Part shown: positions 1 to 9,755 of the stretch, one piece after another | Numbering within the stretch: position 1 is the first letter of the stretch | Layout of the letters: every line of letters begins with the position of its first letter | Source of the DNA: Chitinophaga pinensis | GTDB taxonomy: Bacteria > Bacteroidota > Bacteroidia > UKL13-3 | Assembly: GCA_945898275.1 (NCBI GenBank) | Contig: CAMDHZ010000002.1 | Location: 134,442 to 198,441 of the forward strand | Length of the DNA: 64,000 nt | Direction of reading: 5' to 3' | Notes under the pieces: model-generated | What the model saw: the letters and a program-made list of their open reading frames with translations, nothing else | Databases searched by the model: none | What the model was told of the DNA's origin: nothing | Program-made: the position numbers and the translations under genes

Positions 1-1
1 A

Positions 2-1081
2 GAAATAACATACTTAACAAAGACAAACGAAAATGGAACATACAATTTAACAAATATTCCATCAAATTCTTTTGAAATCTTAGCATTTAAAGATGAAAAT
101 AACAATAATCAAATAGATAAAAGTGAAAAAATAGGATTCTACAATGAAACTCTTAACACAGATAAAAATAACGAAGAAATAAACATTAAAGTATTTAAAC
201 AACCTGATTATCAATCAGATAAAATAATTGATACAGTTTATAATAAAATAGGAATAATCAAATTTATCATATATGACCATATAAATGCAGAAATAGTTCC
301 TTTAAACAATTCAACACTAAATTATTACAAGACAATAAAAGGTACTGAAAAATATGATACCATTCAATATTACCTAGGTTCATCAAATGATTCTTTACCA
401 CAAAAGTTTACATTTAAGAGAAATTTAATTAATGATACTATAACAGTTACTGGAAAAAGAATAAAGTCAAAAGATGTTGAAGAACAAACAATAAATATAA
501 CAGTACCTGAAAAACAAGGTGACTCAATACATATTCAGTTTAGACAGCCAGTAACAGAATTTATTTCAGAAAAACTTATTATTAAACAAGACAGTATAAT
601 AATCCAAAACTTAGAGTGGCAAAAATTAGATCCATTCAATTTCTATCTAAGAAAAAAGCTAGAAGAAACTATAAATTATAGTTTAGAAATAAAAGATTCT
701 GCAACAAAAAATATTTATAAAAAATACAGTAAAAGTCAAAATATAAAATTCAGAATACCTAATCAAGAAGAGTTTGGAACAATAAACATAATTAGTAATA
801 GCACAAATAGTAGTAATATTCTAATTCAACTAAAAGATAATAAAGATATTGTTTATAACGAGAAGCTTAATAAGGGAACTAATATATTAAAACACATAAA
901 GCCAGGAACATATATATTAAGACTTGTAAATGATACCAATGCTAACAATAAATGGGACGACGGAAATATTGTTACTAAACAGCAGCCAGAATTAATAAAA
1001 ATACTAAATAACGAACTCAAAATAAAAGCAAACTGGGAAACTGAAATCATACTTACAAATCAAGATTTAAAATTTGATTAA
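2..1081 (+). CDS. Ig-like domain-containing protein, 5'-truncated by the window edge (not in ORF track)
   Basis: Frame 2 reads EITYLTKTNENGTYNLTNIPSNSFEILAFKDENNNNQID... and ends ...PGTYILRLVNDTNANNKWDDG...QPE...IKANWETEIILTNQDLKFD, TAA at 1079-1081. Resembles the Bacteroidota Ig-like family with a DxNxNxxWDxG motif. Confidence 0.75.
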   Translation, partial: EITYLTKTNENGTYNLTNIPSNSFEILAFKDENNNNQIDKSEKIGFYNETLNTDKNNEEINIKVFKQPDYQSDKIIDTVYNKIGIIKFIIYDHINAEIVPLNNSTLNYYKTIKGTEKYDTIQYYLGSSNDSLPQKFTFKRNLINDTITVTGKRIKSKDVEEQTINITVPEKQGDSIHIQFRQPVTEFISEKLIIKQDSIIIQNLEWQKLDPFNFYLRKKLEETINYSLEIKDSATKNIYKKYSKSQNIKFRIPNQEEFGTINIISNSTNSSNILIQLKDNKDIVYNEKLNKGTNILKHIKPGTYILRLVNDTNANNKWDDGNIVTKQQPELIKILNNELKIKANWETEIILTNQDLKFD

Positions 1082-1480
1082 GTGCCTTTATACAGAAGTA
1101 TGACTAAAAATGGTAAGTAACGTGTTAATAAATTAATAACTAATCAACATTTACATTAAAAATAGAAAATGCAGTTACTGAAAATATTTTTGATGGGGAA
1201 AAAAACCATAAAACTCAACACAATTAATAAAAAATACTTTTCCTCAATCTCAATCAATTCAAGAAATATATAACTCACAAAAAAATATAAATATCAGTAA
1301 TACAAACCTATACAAGGTTAAAAAAATGTTAATTAATATTAATAAGTACAAAATCAAATTATAAAAAGAGAAAATATCAACCATATTAACATCTCTATTA
1401 CTATTAGATTAAATAGGTTATTATTAAAATACATATTATAATGTTCGTTGAAAAGTATTGCAGGTTGAACTAGCTAATAA
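1082..1480. other. Probable chromosomal replication origin (oriC)
   Basis: About 400-bp very AT-rich non-coding gap. Tandem DnaA-box-like 9-mers ATATCAACC (1374-1382) and ATATTAACA (1383-1391), a 3-bp spacer, then CTA-TTA-CTA-TTA trios (1395-1406). Further box-like TGTTAATAA (1123-1131) and TAATCAACA (1141-1149). The + strand is A-rich to the left and T/G-richer to the right. Confidence 0.7.
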
Positions 1481-1488
1481 TACCTTTG
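1481..1488 (+). promoter_or_regulatory. Bacteroidota housekeeping -7 promoter element for pheS
   Basis: TACCTTTG matches TAnnTTTG, 15 nt upstream of ATG 1504. Confidence 0.5.
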
Positions 1489-1503
1489 AAGAAATTAAAA
1501 CTG

Positions 1504-2520
1504 ATGAATGAACGTCTGGAATCGATAAAGGATAAAATTGAAAGATTTGAAATCAAAGCTAAAGAACAGGTTGATCAATATAGACTTCAATTTTTATCTA
1601 AAAAGGGTGAATTAAATGACTTATTTGAGCAATTTAAAACCATCCCAAATGACCAAAAGAAGGACATTGGTCTCAAACTTAATAATATTAAAAAGCTTGC
1701 TCAGGAAAAGCTTGATGAAGCTTTATTAATATTTACCGAAAGCACAAATAAAAGTATCAATAATTTAGTTGATTTTACTTTACCAGCTGAGACAACTTTT
1801 AGTGGAACAAGGCATCCTTTGAACCAAGTTGAAAATGAAATCATAACTATTTTTAAGAAATTAGGTTTTGTATACCATGAAGGTCCTGAAATTGAAGATG
1901 ATTGGCATAATTTCTCGGCTCTAAATTTTCCCAAAAATCATCCTGCAAGAGATATGCAGGACACATTTTTTATATCGGAGGATATTGCATTGAGAACACA
2001 TACAAGTTCAGTACAGGTAAGGTTAATGGAAAAGCAAAAACCACCAATTCGAGCAATTATGCCTGGTAGAGTTTATAGAAATGAAGCGGTTTCGGCTAGA
2101 GCTAATTGTTTCTTTCATCAAATTGAAGGCATATTTATTGATGAAAACGTGAGTTTTGCTGATTTAAAGCAAACCTTATATTATTTTGTGCAGGAATTAT
2201 TTGGAAACGATGTAAATGTTAGGTTCAGGCCAAGTTATTTTCCTTTTACTGAACCAAGCGCTGAAATGGATATAAGCTGTTTATTGTGTAAAGGAAAGGG
2301 TTGTAATGTTTGTAAATACACTGGTTGGTTAGAAATTTTAGGTTGTGGGATGATTGACCCTAATGTATTAAAAGCAAGCAATATTGACCCAGAAAAATAT
2401 TCAGGGTTTGCGTTCGGAATGGGTATTGAACGAATAGCAATGTTAAAATTTGAGGTAAAGGATTTGCGTACTTATTTTAACAATGACACTCGATTTTTAA
2501 AACAGTTTGAGAGTATTTAA
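1504..2520 (+). CDS. pheS: Phenylalanine-tRNA ligase alpha subunit
   Basis: HPARDMQDTF, LRTHTS, FRPSYFPFTEPS and GFAFGMGIERIAML motifs. ATG 1504 preferred over TTG 1486. Confidence 0.97.
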   Translation: MNERLESIKDKIERFEIKAKEQVDQYRLQFLSKKGELNDLFEQFKTIPNDQKKDIGLKLNNIKKLAQEKLDEALLIFTESTNKSINNLVDFTLPAETTFSGTRHPLNQVENEIITIFKKLGFVYHEGPEIEDDWHNFSALNFPKNHPARDMQDTFFISEDIALRTHTSSVQVRLMEKQKPPIRAIMPGRVYRNEAVSARANCFFHQIEGIFIDENVSFADLKQTLYYFVQELFGNDVNVRFRPSYFPFTEPSAEMDISCLLCKGKGCNVCKYTGWLEILGCGMIDPNVLKASNIDPEKYSGFAFGMGIERIAMLKFEVKDLRTYFNNDTRFLKQFESI

Positions 2521-2531
2521 TTAAAAAAGAA

Positions 2532-3506
2532 ATGAATAAAGGACCAATTAGTAATTTTATCGAATCGCATTATAAACATTTTAATGCTGCTGCATTAGTT
2601 GATGCTGCAAAAGGATATGAAACACATCTTTTAGAAGGTGGAAAAATGATGGTAACTTTAGCAGGAGCAATGAGCACAGCTGAGTTAGGAAAGTCATTAG
2701 CAGAAATGATTAGGCAAGATAAAATTGCCATTATTTCATGCACGGGTGCAAATTTGGAAGAAGATATTATGAACCTTGTGGCCCATTCTCATTATAAAAG
2801 AGTTCCAAACTATAGAGATTTAAGTCCGCAGGATGAATGGAACCTATTAGAAAATCATTTTAACAGGGTTACAGACACATGTATTCCTGAAGAGGAGGCT
2901 TTTAGAAGGCTTCAAAAACATATTCATAAAATATGGAAGGATGCTGATACTGCCGGCGAAAGATTTTTTCCGCATGAGTATATGTATAAAATCCTATTAA
3001 GTGGCGAATTAGAACAATATTACGAAATAGACCCAAAAGACAGCTGGATGCTTGCTGCAGCAAAAAAGAATTTACCAATAGTAGTTCCTGGATGGGAAGA
3101 TTCTACCATGGGAAACATTTTTGCCTCTTATGTAATCAAGAATGAGATAAAAGCAGTTACCATGAAATCAGGTATTGAATACATGGCATGGTTGGCTGAT
3201 TGGTATGTAAAGAATTCTGAAGGAAAAGGAATTGGATTTTTCCAAATTGGAGGCGGAATAGCAGGAGATTTTCCTATTTGTGTGGTACCAATGCTATACC
3301 AAGACATGGAGATGGAAAATATTCCGTTTTGGAGTTATTTCTGTCAAATTAGTGACTCTACAACATCTTATGGCTCATACAGCGGAGCTGTACCAAACGA
3401 GAAAATTACTTGGGGAAAATTAGATATTCATACTCCAAAATTCATTGTAGAGAGCGATGCTACAATAGTTGCGCCGCTCATATTTGCTTGGATATTGGGT
3501 TGGTAA
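2532..3506 (+). CDS. Deoxyhypusine synthase-like protein (probably homospermidine-forming)
   Basis: TLAGAMS, TGANLEED, IGGG and GSYSGA..EKITWGK (catalytic Lys motif of the DHS family). Confidence 0.9.
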   Translation: MNKGPISNFIESHYKHFNAAALVDAAKGYETHLLEGGKMMVTLAGAMSTAELGKSLAEMIRQDKIAIISCTGANLEEDIMNLVAHSHYKRVPNYRDLSPQDEWNLLENHFNRVTDTCIPEEEAFRRLQKHIHKIWKDADTAGERFFPHEYMYKILLSGELEQYYEIDPKDSWMLAAAKKNLPIVVPGWEDSTMGNIFASYVIKNEIKAVTMKSGIEYMAWLADWYVKNSEGKGIGFFQIGGGIAGDFPICVVPMLYQDMEMENIPFWSYFCQISDSTTSYGSYSGAVPNEKITWGKLDIHTPKFIVESDATIVAPLIFAWILGW

Positions 3507-3514
3507 AAAATAAA

Positions 3515-3539
3515 AAAAAGGCGCCACAGGCGCCTTTTT
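3515..3539. terminator. Bidirectional intrinsic terminator
   Basis: AAAAAGGCGCC-ACA-GGCGCCTTTTT between convergent genes. Confidence 0.85.
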
Positions 3540-3545
3540 CATTTC

Positions 3546-4631
3546 CTACTTTTCAAAATAGAAAAGAGGATATTCTCCGTGTTTTCCAGTATATCCAGGA
3601 TTTTTCTCTTCCCATTTCCAAATTAGTTTTAGCAATTGCTTTCCAAATAAAAATGGATGCAAATAAACCTTCATAAAGGGAACACTAACAACTCGCCAAA
3701 CAGCTAATTTAAAAGGCATTGGCATATTTTGTTGAAAGTACTCATAAGGATGAGCATGAAAATAAAGCATTTTTTGAGGTTTATCCTTACCAGCAGCTTT
3801 TGCAAATAATGCCTTTATTCTGTGTTTAAAGAACTCAAAAGCCCTGAAAGGTAGAAGGGTTAAATTCATTAAAATGGAGTGTTTATACCAATCATAAACA
3901 ACTACACCTTTTCCGTTTTTTGCTAAAACTCGGTACATTTCAGTAATTGCATTAATTTGTTCATCCTTTGGGATATGATAAACAACATTTAAAGAAATGA
4001 AACCGTCTGCTATTCCGTCTTTAATGGGTAATTTTGTTAAGTCACACAACAAACAAATGGCTTTATCTCCTAATTTTTTCTTGCATTCTTGCAGGCCTTG
4101 GAAAGATAAATCTGCACAAATTCTGTATTTATAATTATCTGAATACTGCAAATAATCTGTGAATTGTAAAGCACCAGAACCTGCATCTAACATATAGGAA
4201 CCACTATCATTTAGGTATCTTTTCACTCGCTTATGACAATCTCTTAGGTAATCTGCAGACATTGGTCTTAAATCTTCAAAAATGATGGCATCTTCATAAT
4301 CACCTTCTTCTTCTTTAGACCAGCCTCTGTCATTATAAAAGTTTTGAACCAATTTTTTATCAGCAATTAAACTCTCTCCAACAATTTTGCTATTGTCTGA
4401 AACAATTGCCAAATCAGAAAGTAAAACCACGATGCCTTTAATTATTGGATAAACGTATAAACCGTCAACAGAAACAAGCGCCGTATCAATTGGGTAGTCT
4501 ACTAATGTGCCGTTAAGGTGCCAAAGCGTTTGTTTGTTACTTAATTCATTAAGTGTTGAAATTTCATTTGAAGCAAGTACACGTAAATCTTTTCCTGTGA
4601 TGGTGCACTTTAGAATATTAACCCATTCCAT
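3546..4631 (-). CDS. Class I SAM-dependent methyltransferase with N-terminal Trm112-like domain
   Basis: ILKCTITGKDL...YPIIKGIVVLL (Trm112-like); MLDAGSG SAM motif; D-G-F-I-S-L-N-V-V-Y-H. Confidence 0.75.
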   Translation of the reverse strand: MEWVNILKCTITGKDLRVLASNEISTLNELSNKQTLWHLNGTLVDYPIDTALVSVDGLYVYPIIKGIVVLLSDLAIVSDNSKIVGESLIADKKLVQNFYNDRGWSKEEEGDYEDAIIFEDLRPMSADYLRDCHKRVKRYLNDSGSYMLDAGSGALQFTDYLQYSDNYKYRICADLSFQGLQECKKKLGDKAICLLCDLTKLPIKDGIADGFISLNVVYHIPKDEQINAITEMYRVLAKNGKGVVVYDWYKHSILMNLTLLPFRAFEFFKHRIKALFAKAAGKDKPQKMLYFHAHPYEYFQQNMPMPFKLAVWRVVSVPFMKVYLHPFLFGKQLLKLIWKWEEKNPGYTGKHGEYPLFYFEK

Positions 4632-4874
4632 AAGTTAAGTAATTTGATATCTACGCAATTAATAGATAAATGAAGGAAATTCAAACAAACAAATGATAGC
4701 CAATAATTCTTAATACCCCAAAAACAAGTAATTATGATAAAATAGGCTAATGAAAAAGTCATAATACCAAGTTATGCGCCTTTAAATGTTGAAACAGATT
4801 CTATAGAGAATTTAGCCAAGCTCTTTTTTAAAAAAGAAAGGGGCCCAATAAATACGTTTAAAAAAATGTTTTAA

Positions 4875-5681
4875 CTAAGAAATGTAATCAGCCATTTCAA
4901 ATTGCAATCTAGCTGCTTCTTCGGCTGCTTTCAATGCAAAATCATGGGAATTAGAAGCATAAATAATGCTTCTAGAAGCATTAATTAACAAACCAACACT
5001 TTGGTTCAAACCAAACTTAACGACATCTTTTAAGCTACCACCTTGTGCACCTACACCAGGTACCAATAAAAAATGATTAGGCGCATATTTTCGAATTAAT
5101 CCAAATTCTTCAGGTTTTGTGGCACCAACCACAAACATTAGGTTTTGGTTTGAACCTAATTTACAAGTGTTTTCAACTACATGTTCGAATAAAAACTTCT
5201 CTCCAATTTTTTGTTGTTCATAATCTGCACTACCAGGGTTGGAAGTTAATGCCAATACGATACCCCACTTTCCTTCAAATTCGAAAAATGGTGCAAGCGA
5301 ATCATTTCCCATGTAAGGAGCAAGTGTAACAGCATCAGCGTTTAATGTTTCAAAAAATGCTTTAGCATATTGATTACTTGTATTTCCAATGTCCCCTCTT
5401 TTCGCATCAGCAATTTTAAAGCATTGTTTTGGGATATAATCAAAGGTGCGTTTCATTGATTCCCAGCCAGAAGTTCCAGCCGCTTCAAAAAATGCTGTGT
5501 TAATTTTATAGGATACAGTGTAAGGTTCTGTAGCATCAATAATTGCTTTGTTAAAGGCGAAAATTGGATCAGGTTCAGTAAGCAGATGCGATGGAATTTT
5601 GCTGACATCAGTATCTAAACCAACACACAAAAAGGATTTTTTCCTTTTTATTTCTGAAACCAAATATTCAAAAGAATACAT
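4875..5681 (-). CDS. pyrF: Orotidine-5'-phosphate decarboxylase
   Basis: LCVGLD, ADAKRGDIGNT, LVPGVGAQGG, INASRSIIYA. Confidence 0.96.
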   Translation of the reverse strand: MYSFEYLVSEIKRKKSFLCVGLDTDVSKIPSHLLTEPDPIFAFNKAIIDATEPYTVSYKINTAFFEAAGTSGWESMKRTFDYIPKQCFKIADAKRGDIGNTSNQYAKAFFETLNADAVTLAPYMGNDSLAPFFEFEGKWGIVLALTSNPGSADYEQQKIGEKFLFEHVVENTCKLGSNQNLMFVVGATKPEEFGLIRKYAPNHFLLVPGVGAQGGSLKDVVKFGLNQSVGLLINASRSIIYASNSHDFALKAAEEAARLQFEMADYIS

Positions 5682-5683
5682 AA

Positions 5684-6367
5684 TTAAAATAGAAGATTAA
5701 ATTCAAGGGCAAAGTTATGCATACTACCCAATTTATTATTGATAGGTAAGTTATTATTACCAGGCCAATCTCTTCCAAGGTTTATATTTCTAAGGCCACC
5801 TTTAAAGCAAATCTGAAAAGCAATATAATCTAATTGATATTGATAAGCTGTAACTAAGGACCAATCATTATTATTTAAGGGGATATTTCCTTCGGCAGGA
5901 AATGTGTTATTGTCTTGAAAAACAAGTTTATTAAGAACATGACTAAATTGGGCTCCAGCACCAAATCTGTGCTGGCTTTTTGGACCTGGTTTAACCATAA
6001 GCATGACTGGAAAATCAAGGTATAAAAACTTAATAGCCCCAATATCTGGACTTGTTCCCTTAAAGTTTCCTCCCCTGAAGGTTATTAGTAATTCATGCTG
6101 TAAGCTAATTGTTTTATTAAAATTAACTCTTCCAAAACCGCCACCTAAAACGCCTAGTCTGGCGCCTTTGTCTATGGGATAACTTCCATAAATTGCAGTA
6201 ATGTTAAATCCCATTTTTATACCTAACCTATATCTTCCTTCATCAGAGGCTTTTACCCAAGGAATTGGTTGTTCTTCCACTTCTTCAGTAGAATCGGTTT
6301 GACCCAACAAGGTATTATTGAGAAAAAGCGAAATAAGTATTACAAATAGAATTCTCATTGTTTGCAC
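5684..6367 (-). CDS. Outer-membrane beta-barrel protein (PorT/OMP_b-brl-like)
   Basis: Signal peptide, GIKMGFN, YLDFPVML, amphipathic strands, C-terminal Phe. Confidence 0.7.
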   Translation of the reverse strand: MQTMRILFVILISLFLNNTLLGQTDSTEEVEEQPIPWVKASDEGRYRLGIKMGFNITAIYGSYPIDKGARLGVLGGGFGRVNFNKTISLQHELLITFRGGNFKGTSPDIGAIKFLYLDFPVMLMVKPGPKSQHRFGAGAQFSHVLNKLVFQDNNTFPAEGNIPLNNNDWSLVTAYQYQLDYIAFQICFKGGLRNINLGRDWPGNNNLPINNKLGSMHNFALEFNLLF

Positions 6368-6428
6368 AAAACTATATCATGCAAACGGTTAATTGTTTAA
6401 AAAATTCTAAATATTAGCTTAAAGAAAT

Positions 6429-7238
6429 TTACTTTAAGGTATATCGTTTTCTAACCACATCGTATGCTGTAAAATATCCAACGGCCCCATTTGTGATATT
6501 TGTTGGCAAATTAGCTGGAGGAGTTTGAAAAGGTCCAGGAATATCTGGGCTAGTATTGTTATATTCATTGATAAAGCTATACATGTTTTTATCAATAGAC
6601 CTAAAGATTGCTATAAAAACATCTCCACTATTGTACCTAGAAAAAGGCAATTCAAATACATAAGGCTTATTTACAGGAGTTAAACTATTATCAAAGGTAA
6701 TTTTATCAATGTTAAAAGAATCTTGGTTAATGATTTTACTATAAATTCCACTTACAAAATATGTATATTTTATTTGAGGTCTATCATCAAATCCAGCGTA
6801 GCTAACAGCCCAACCAGCAGGTAGTTGACCACCAAATTCAGCCTCTTTCCAAGTTTGGAAAATCGAGTCGACCCTGAACATTGGTTCCATATATGTTTGA
6901 GCAGTATAGGTTTTTTTATCATATTCAACCAAAAGAGAATAAGTAGTATTTATTTGTCCTTTGAACCCAATAGGCCCTTTGTAAACCTTTAGTGTATCAT
7001 CAAAAACAAAAGGAATATTGTTTACTTTAACCGAGGCATTTTCTATAATTGGCGGAGCATCTGGGCTATAATAATTTCTGCTAAGCGAGAGTTTAACATA
7101 TGAACTATCTGATTCATTAGTTACTTCTCCTTCTACTACTAATAGTGGGGTTTCATTTGGAATTTCTAAGTTTATTTTTTCGCTACATGAAAAAATAAAA
7201 AGTATTGAAATTGCTACGAGATATAGTTTGAATTTCAT
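6429..7238 (-). CDS. DUF4249-type lipoprotein
   Basis: Lipobox FSC, LVVEG.V, VKLSLS, C-terminal PTNITNGAVGYF. Lies downstream of a TonB-dependent receptor, as is typical. Confidence 0.8.
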   Translation of the reverse strand: MKFKLYLVAISILFIFSCSEKINLEIPNETPLLVVEGEVTNESDSSYVKLSLSRNYYSPDAPPIIENASVKVNNIPFVFDDTLKVYKGPIGFKGQINTTYSLLVEYDKKTYTAQTYMEPMFRVDSIFQTWKEAEFGGQLPAGWAVSYAGFDDRPQIKYTYFVSGIYSKIINQDSFNIDKITFDNSLTPVNKPYVFELPFSRYNSGDVFIAIFRSIDKNMYSFINEYNNTSPDIPGPFQTPPANLPTNITNGAVGYFTAYDVVRKRYTLK

Positions 7239-7243
7239 AAAAA

Positions 7244-9640
7244 TTAGAATTTAAAATTATAGGTTACGGATGGAACAATTGTGAACAAGTACCATTTATT
7301 AATAATTGGGACACCTGTATTTTCATCATTGGCATAGCTTAATGTGTAGGCATTTTTTCTTCCATAGACATTATAAATAGCAAATACCCAATCGCTTTCG
7401 TTTTTATAAATTCTTCCTGGTTTTTTCTTTCTTCCTAGTGTTAAAGAAACATCTGCTCTGTGATAGGCAGGAAATCTTGCATTATTTCTAGAACCATAAT
7501 AAATGGAAGGTTGTTCATCACCAAAAAGTGAGTATCGTTGGCTTGCTTGCGTAAAGGCTTCACCAGTAGCGAAAACAAAATTTCCAGAAATACTTACCCT
7601 TTCGTTAATTTTTTGGTTAAGAACAAAGGTTAAATAGTGTGTTCTATCAAATCTAAAGTTATACCAATTGCCTTTATTGATATTATCGGCTCTTCTTTCT
7701 GATTTTGAAATAGTGTAGCCCAACCAACCAGTAGTATTTCCACTTTGTTTTCTAGCAAAAAACTCGATTCCATATGAGCGACCTTCGCCTGCAACGATTT
7801 GGCCTTCTATTGCTTCATTGAATTGTATATCTGCACCTTCTCTTAACTCGATAGTGTTACTTAAAACTTTATAATAGCCTTCAGCAGAGAACTCAATTTT
7901 GTTGTCTAAAAAGTTTCTAAAATACCCAACAGCAACTTGATCAGCAATTTGGGGTTTTATATAATTATCACTTGGTGTCCAAAACTCTTGGCCTACACTA
8001 GCAGTAATGTTTTGTATCAAATGCATATATTGGTACATTCTGTTATATGAGCCTTTTAAAGAGCTATTGTCATTGATAACATAGGTGTAATTTATCCTTG
8101 GTTCAAACCCAATAAAAGTATTATAAATCTCGTTTGAACCGTAATTGGTATAAGGGTTTAGAGGGTCTTTGGCATTTTCTTTAATTTGACCATTTTCTAT
8201 ATAAGTAGGGTTACCTCCTACATAATTTATAGACCTGCCGCTTCCAATGTTAGAAAAAATTGAAATTCTGGCACCATATTCCAAAGATGAACGAGCACCA
8301 AATTTTGTAGAATGCGAGCCATAAATGTCTTGTTGAATTGCATTTTTGACTGGTAATGTTTGAGCTTCAACAATAGAAGTTGACTGGACTGGCTCAATTC
8401 TTCCAGGTAGGAACTCATACTTGTTAGCCTTAGCACCAAATTTAATAACATTTTTATTGTTTAAAAAATAGGTTCCATCTACTTTGATATTTACATCATT
8501 TAAATAGTTTATACGACTAAAGCTTAGGTTTTCACCCAAATTGATATCGAAATTGTAATTATACCTTGAATAAACCAAACTTGTATTTACAAACAATTTG
8601 CTACTAAAAATATGATTCCAACGCAATGTGCCTGTATAATTTCCCCATCCAAAGCCAAAAGCTTCATCCAAAGCTAGATCATCTCTCCCAAAGTAACCAC
8701 TCAAATAAATTTTATCCTTGTCACTTATAGCATAGTTGAGCTTTATATTTAAATCTCCGAAATAGGCAGTAACCTCAGATAATTGAGGAGAAAGCGGAAA
8801 AAACACATCAAAATAACTCCTTCTGCCACTTATTAGAAAAGAGGATTTATCTTTAATAATTGGAGCTTCAACTGTTAACCTACTTGAAAGTATACCAATT
8901 CCACCACTAGCGCCAAATTTCTTGGAGTTACCATCTTTCATGTGAACATCTAGAACTGAGGCTAATCTGCCACCATATTGGGCAGGAATTCCGCCTTTGT
9001 AAAGTTCAAAATCTTTTATTGCATCTCCATTAAATGTAGAAAAGAAACCCAAAACGTGAGAAGGATTATACACTACGGCTTCGTCTAATAGCACAAGGTT
9101 ATGGTCGATATTACCTCCTCTTACAATAAAATTAGTTGAACCATCTCCAGCGGCTTGAACCCCCGGTAACAATTGAATGGCTTTGATGATGTCAACTTCA
9201 CCTAATAAAATTGGTATTTTCTTAACTTGTTTAACATCAATTTTTACGACACTCATTTTATTTTGAGTGACATTGTTATTGCTAATTTTGTCAGAATTTA
9301 CAACAACTTCTTTTAAAGCCTTTTGTGACTCCTTTAGTTCAACATTTAGCTTAATGTTTTGGTTGATTACAAGCTCTTTTATTACACTTTCATACCCAAC
9401 ATAACTGATTTCGACTTTATAAAAACCTGCTGGTAAACTTATAGAATAAAAACCATAGGCATTGGTAGTAGTTCCTGTTTTTAACTCGGCAATGGCAATG
9501 GAGGCACCAATTAATTCTTCTCCATTTTTAGCGTCGGTTACTTCTCCGCTAATCGTATAGTTTTTGGTTTGAGCCAAAATTGAATTTGGTAAAATTAACA
9601 ACCAAGCAAAGCAAGTTGTAAGAAGTATTTTATGTAACAT
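7244..9640 (-). CDS. TonB-dependent receptor with carboxypeptidase-regulatory-like N-domain
   Basis: ISGEVTD..GEELIGASI, TNAYGFYSI, plug LLPGV..VRGG..NLVLLD, YKGG.PAQYGGRLASV, C-terminal PSVTYNFKF. Confidence 0.93.
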   Translation of the reverse strand: MLHKILLTTCFAWLLILPNSILAQTKNYTISGEVTDAKNGEELIGASIAIAELKTGTTTNAYGFYSISLPAGFYKVEISYVGYESVIKELVINQNIKLNVELKESQKALKEVVVNSDKISNNNVTQNKMSVVKIDVKQVKKIPILLGEVDIIKAIQLLPGVQAAGDGSTNFIVRGGNIDHNLVLLDEAVVYNPSHVLGFFSTFNGDAIKDFELYKGGIPAQYGGRLASVLDVHMKDGNSKKFGASGGIGILSSRLTVEAPIIKDKSSFLISGRRSYFDVFFPLSPQLSEVTAYFGDLNIKLNYAISDKDKIYLSGYFGRDDLALDEAFGFGWGNYTGTLRWNHIFSSKLFVNTSLVYSRYNYNFDINLGENLSFSRINYLNDVNIKVDGTYFLNNKNVIKFGAKANKYEFLPGRIEPVQSTSIVEAQTLPVKNAIQQDIYGSHSTKFGARSSLEYGARISIFSNIGSGRSINYVGGNPTYIENGQIKENAKDPLNPYTNYGSNEIYNTFIGFEPRINYTYVINDNSSLKGSYNRMYQYMHLIQNITASVGQEFWTPSDNYIKPQIADQVAVGYFRNFLDNKIEFSAEGYYKVLSNTIELREGADIQFNEAIEGQIVAGEGRSYGIEFFARKQSGNTTGWLGYTISKSERRADNINKGNWYNFRFDRTHYLTFVLNQKINERVSISGNFVFATGEAFTQASQRYSLFGDEQPSIYYGSRNNARFPAYHRADVSLTLGRKKKPGRIYKNESDWVFAIYNVYGRKNAYTLSYANDENTGVPIINKWYLFTIVPSVTYNFKF

Positions 9641-9755
9641 AATTGTAATAAATCACGACAAAACTAACTTGCTAATAGTTCAAACCAAGTTTAAAGCGAC
9701 AAAGTTTGTTACAGAGATGTTGAGTGGTAAATTTTTGTAGATGAAAGGGTTTGGT

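Noticed and set aside
853-1050. 65-aa minus-strand ORF
   Set aside because: Antisense to the real + strand Ig-like gene (2-1081).
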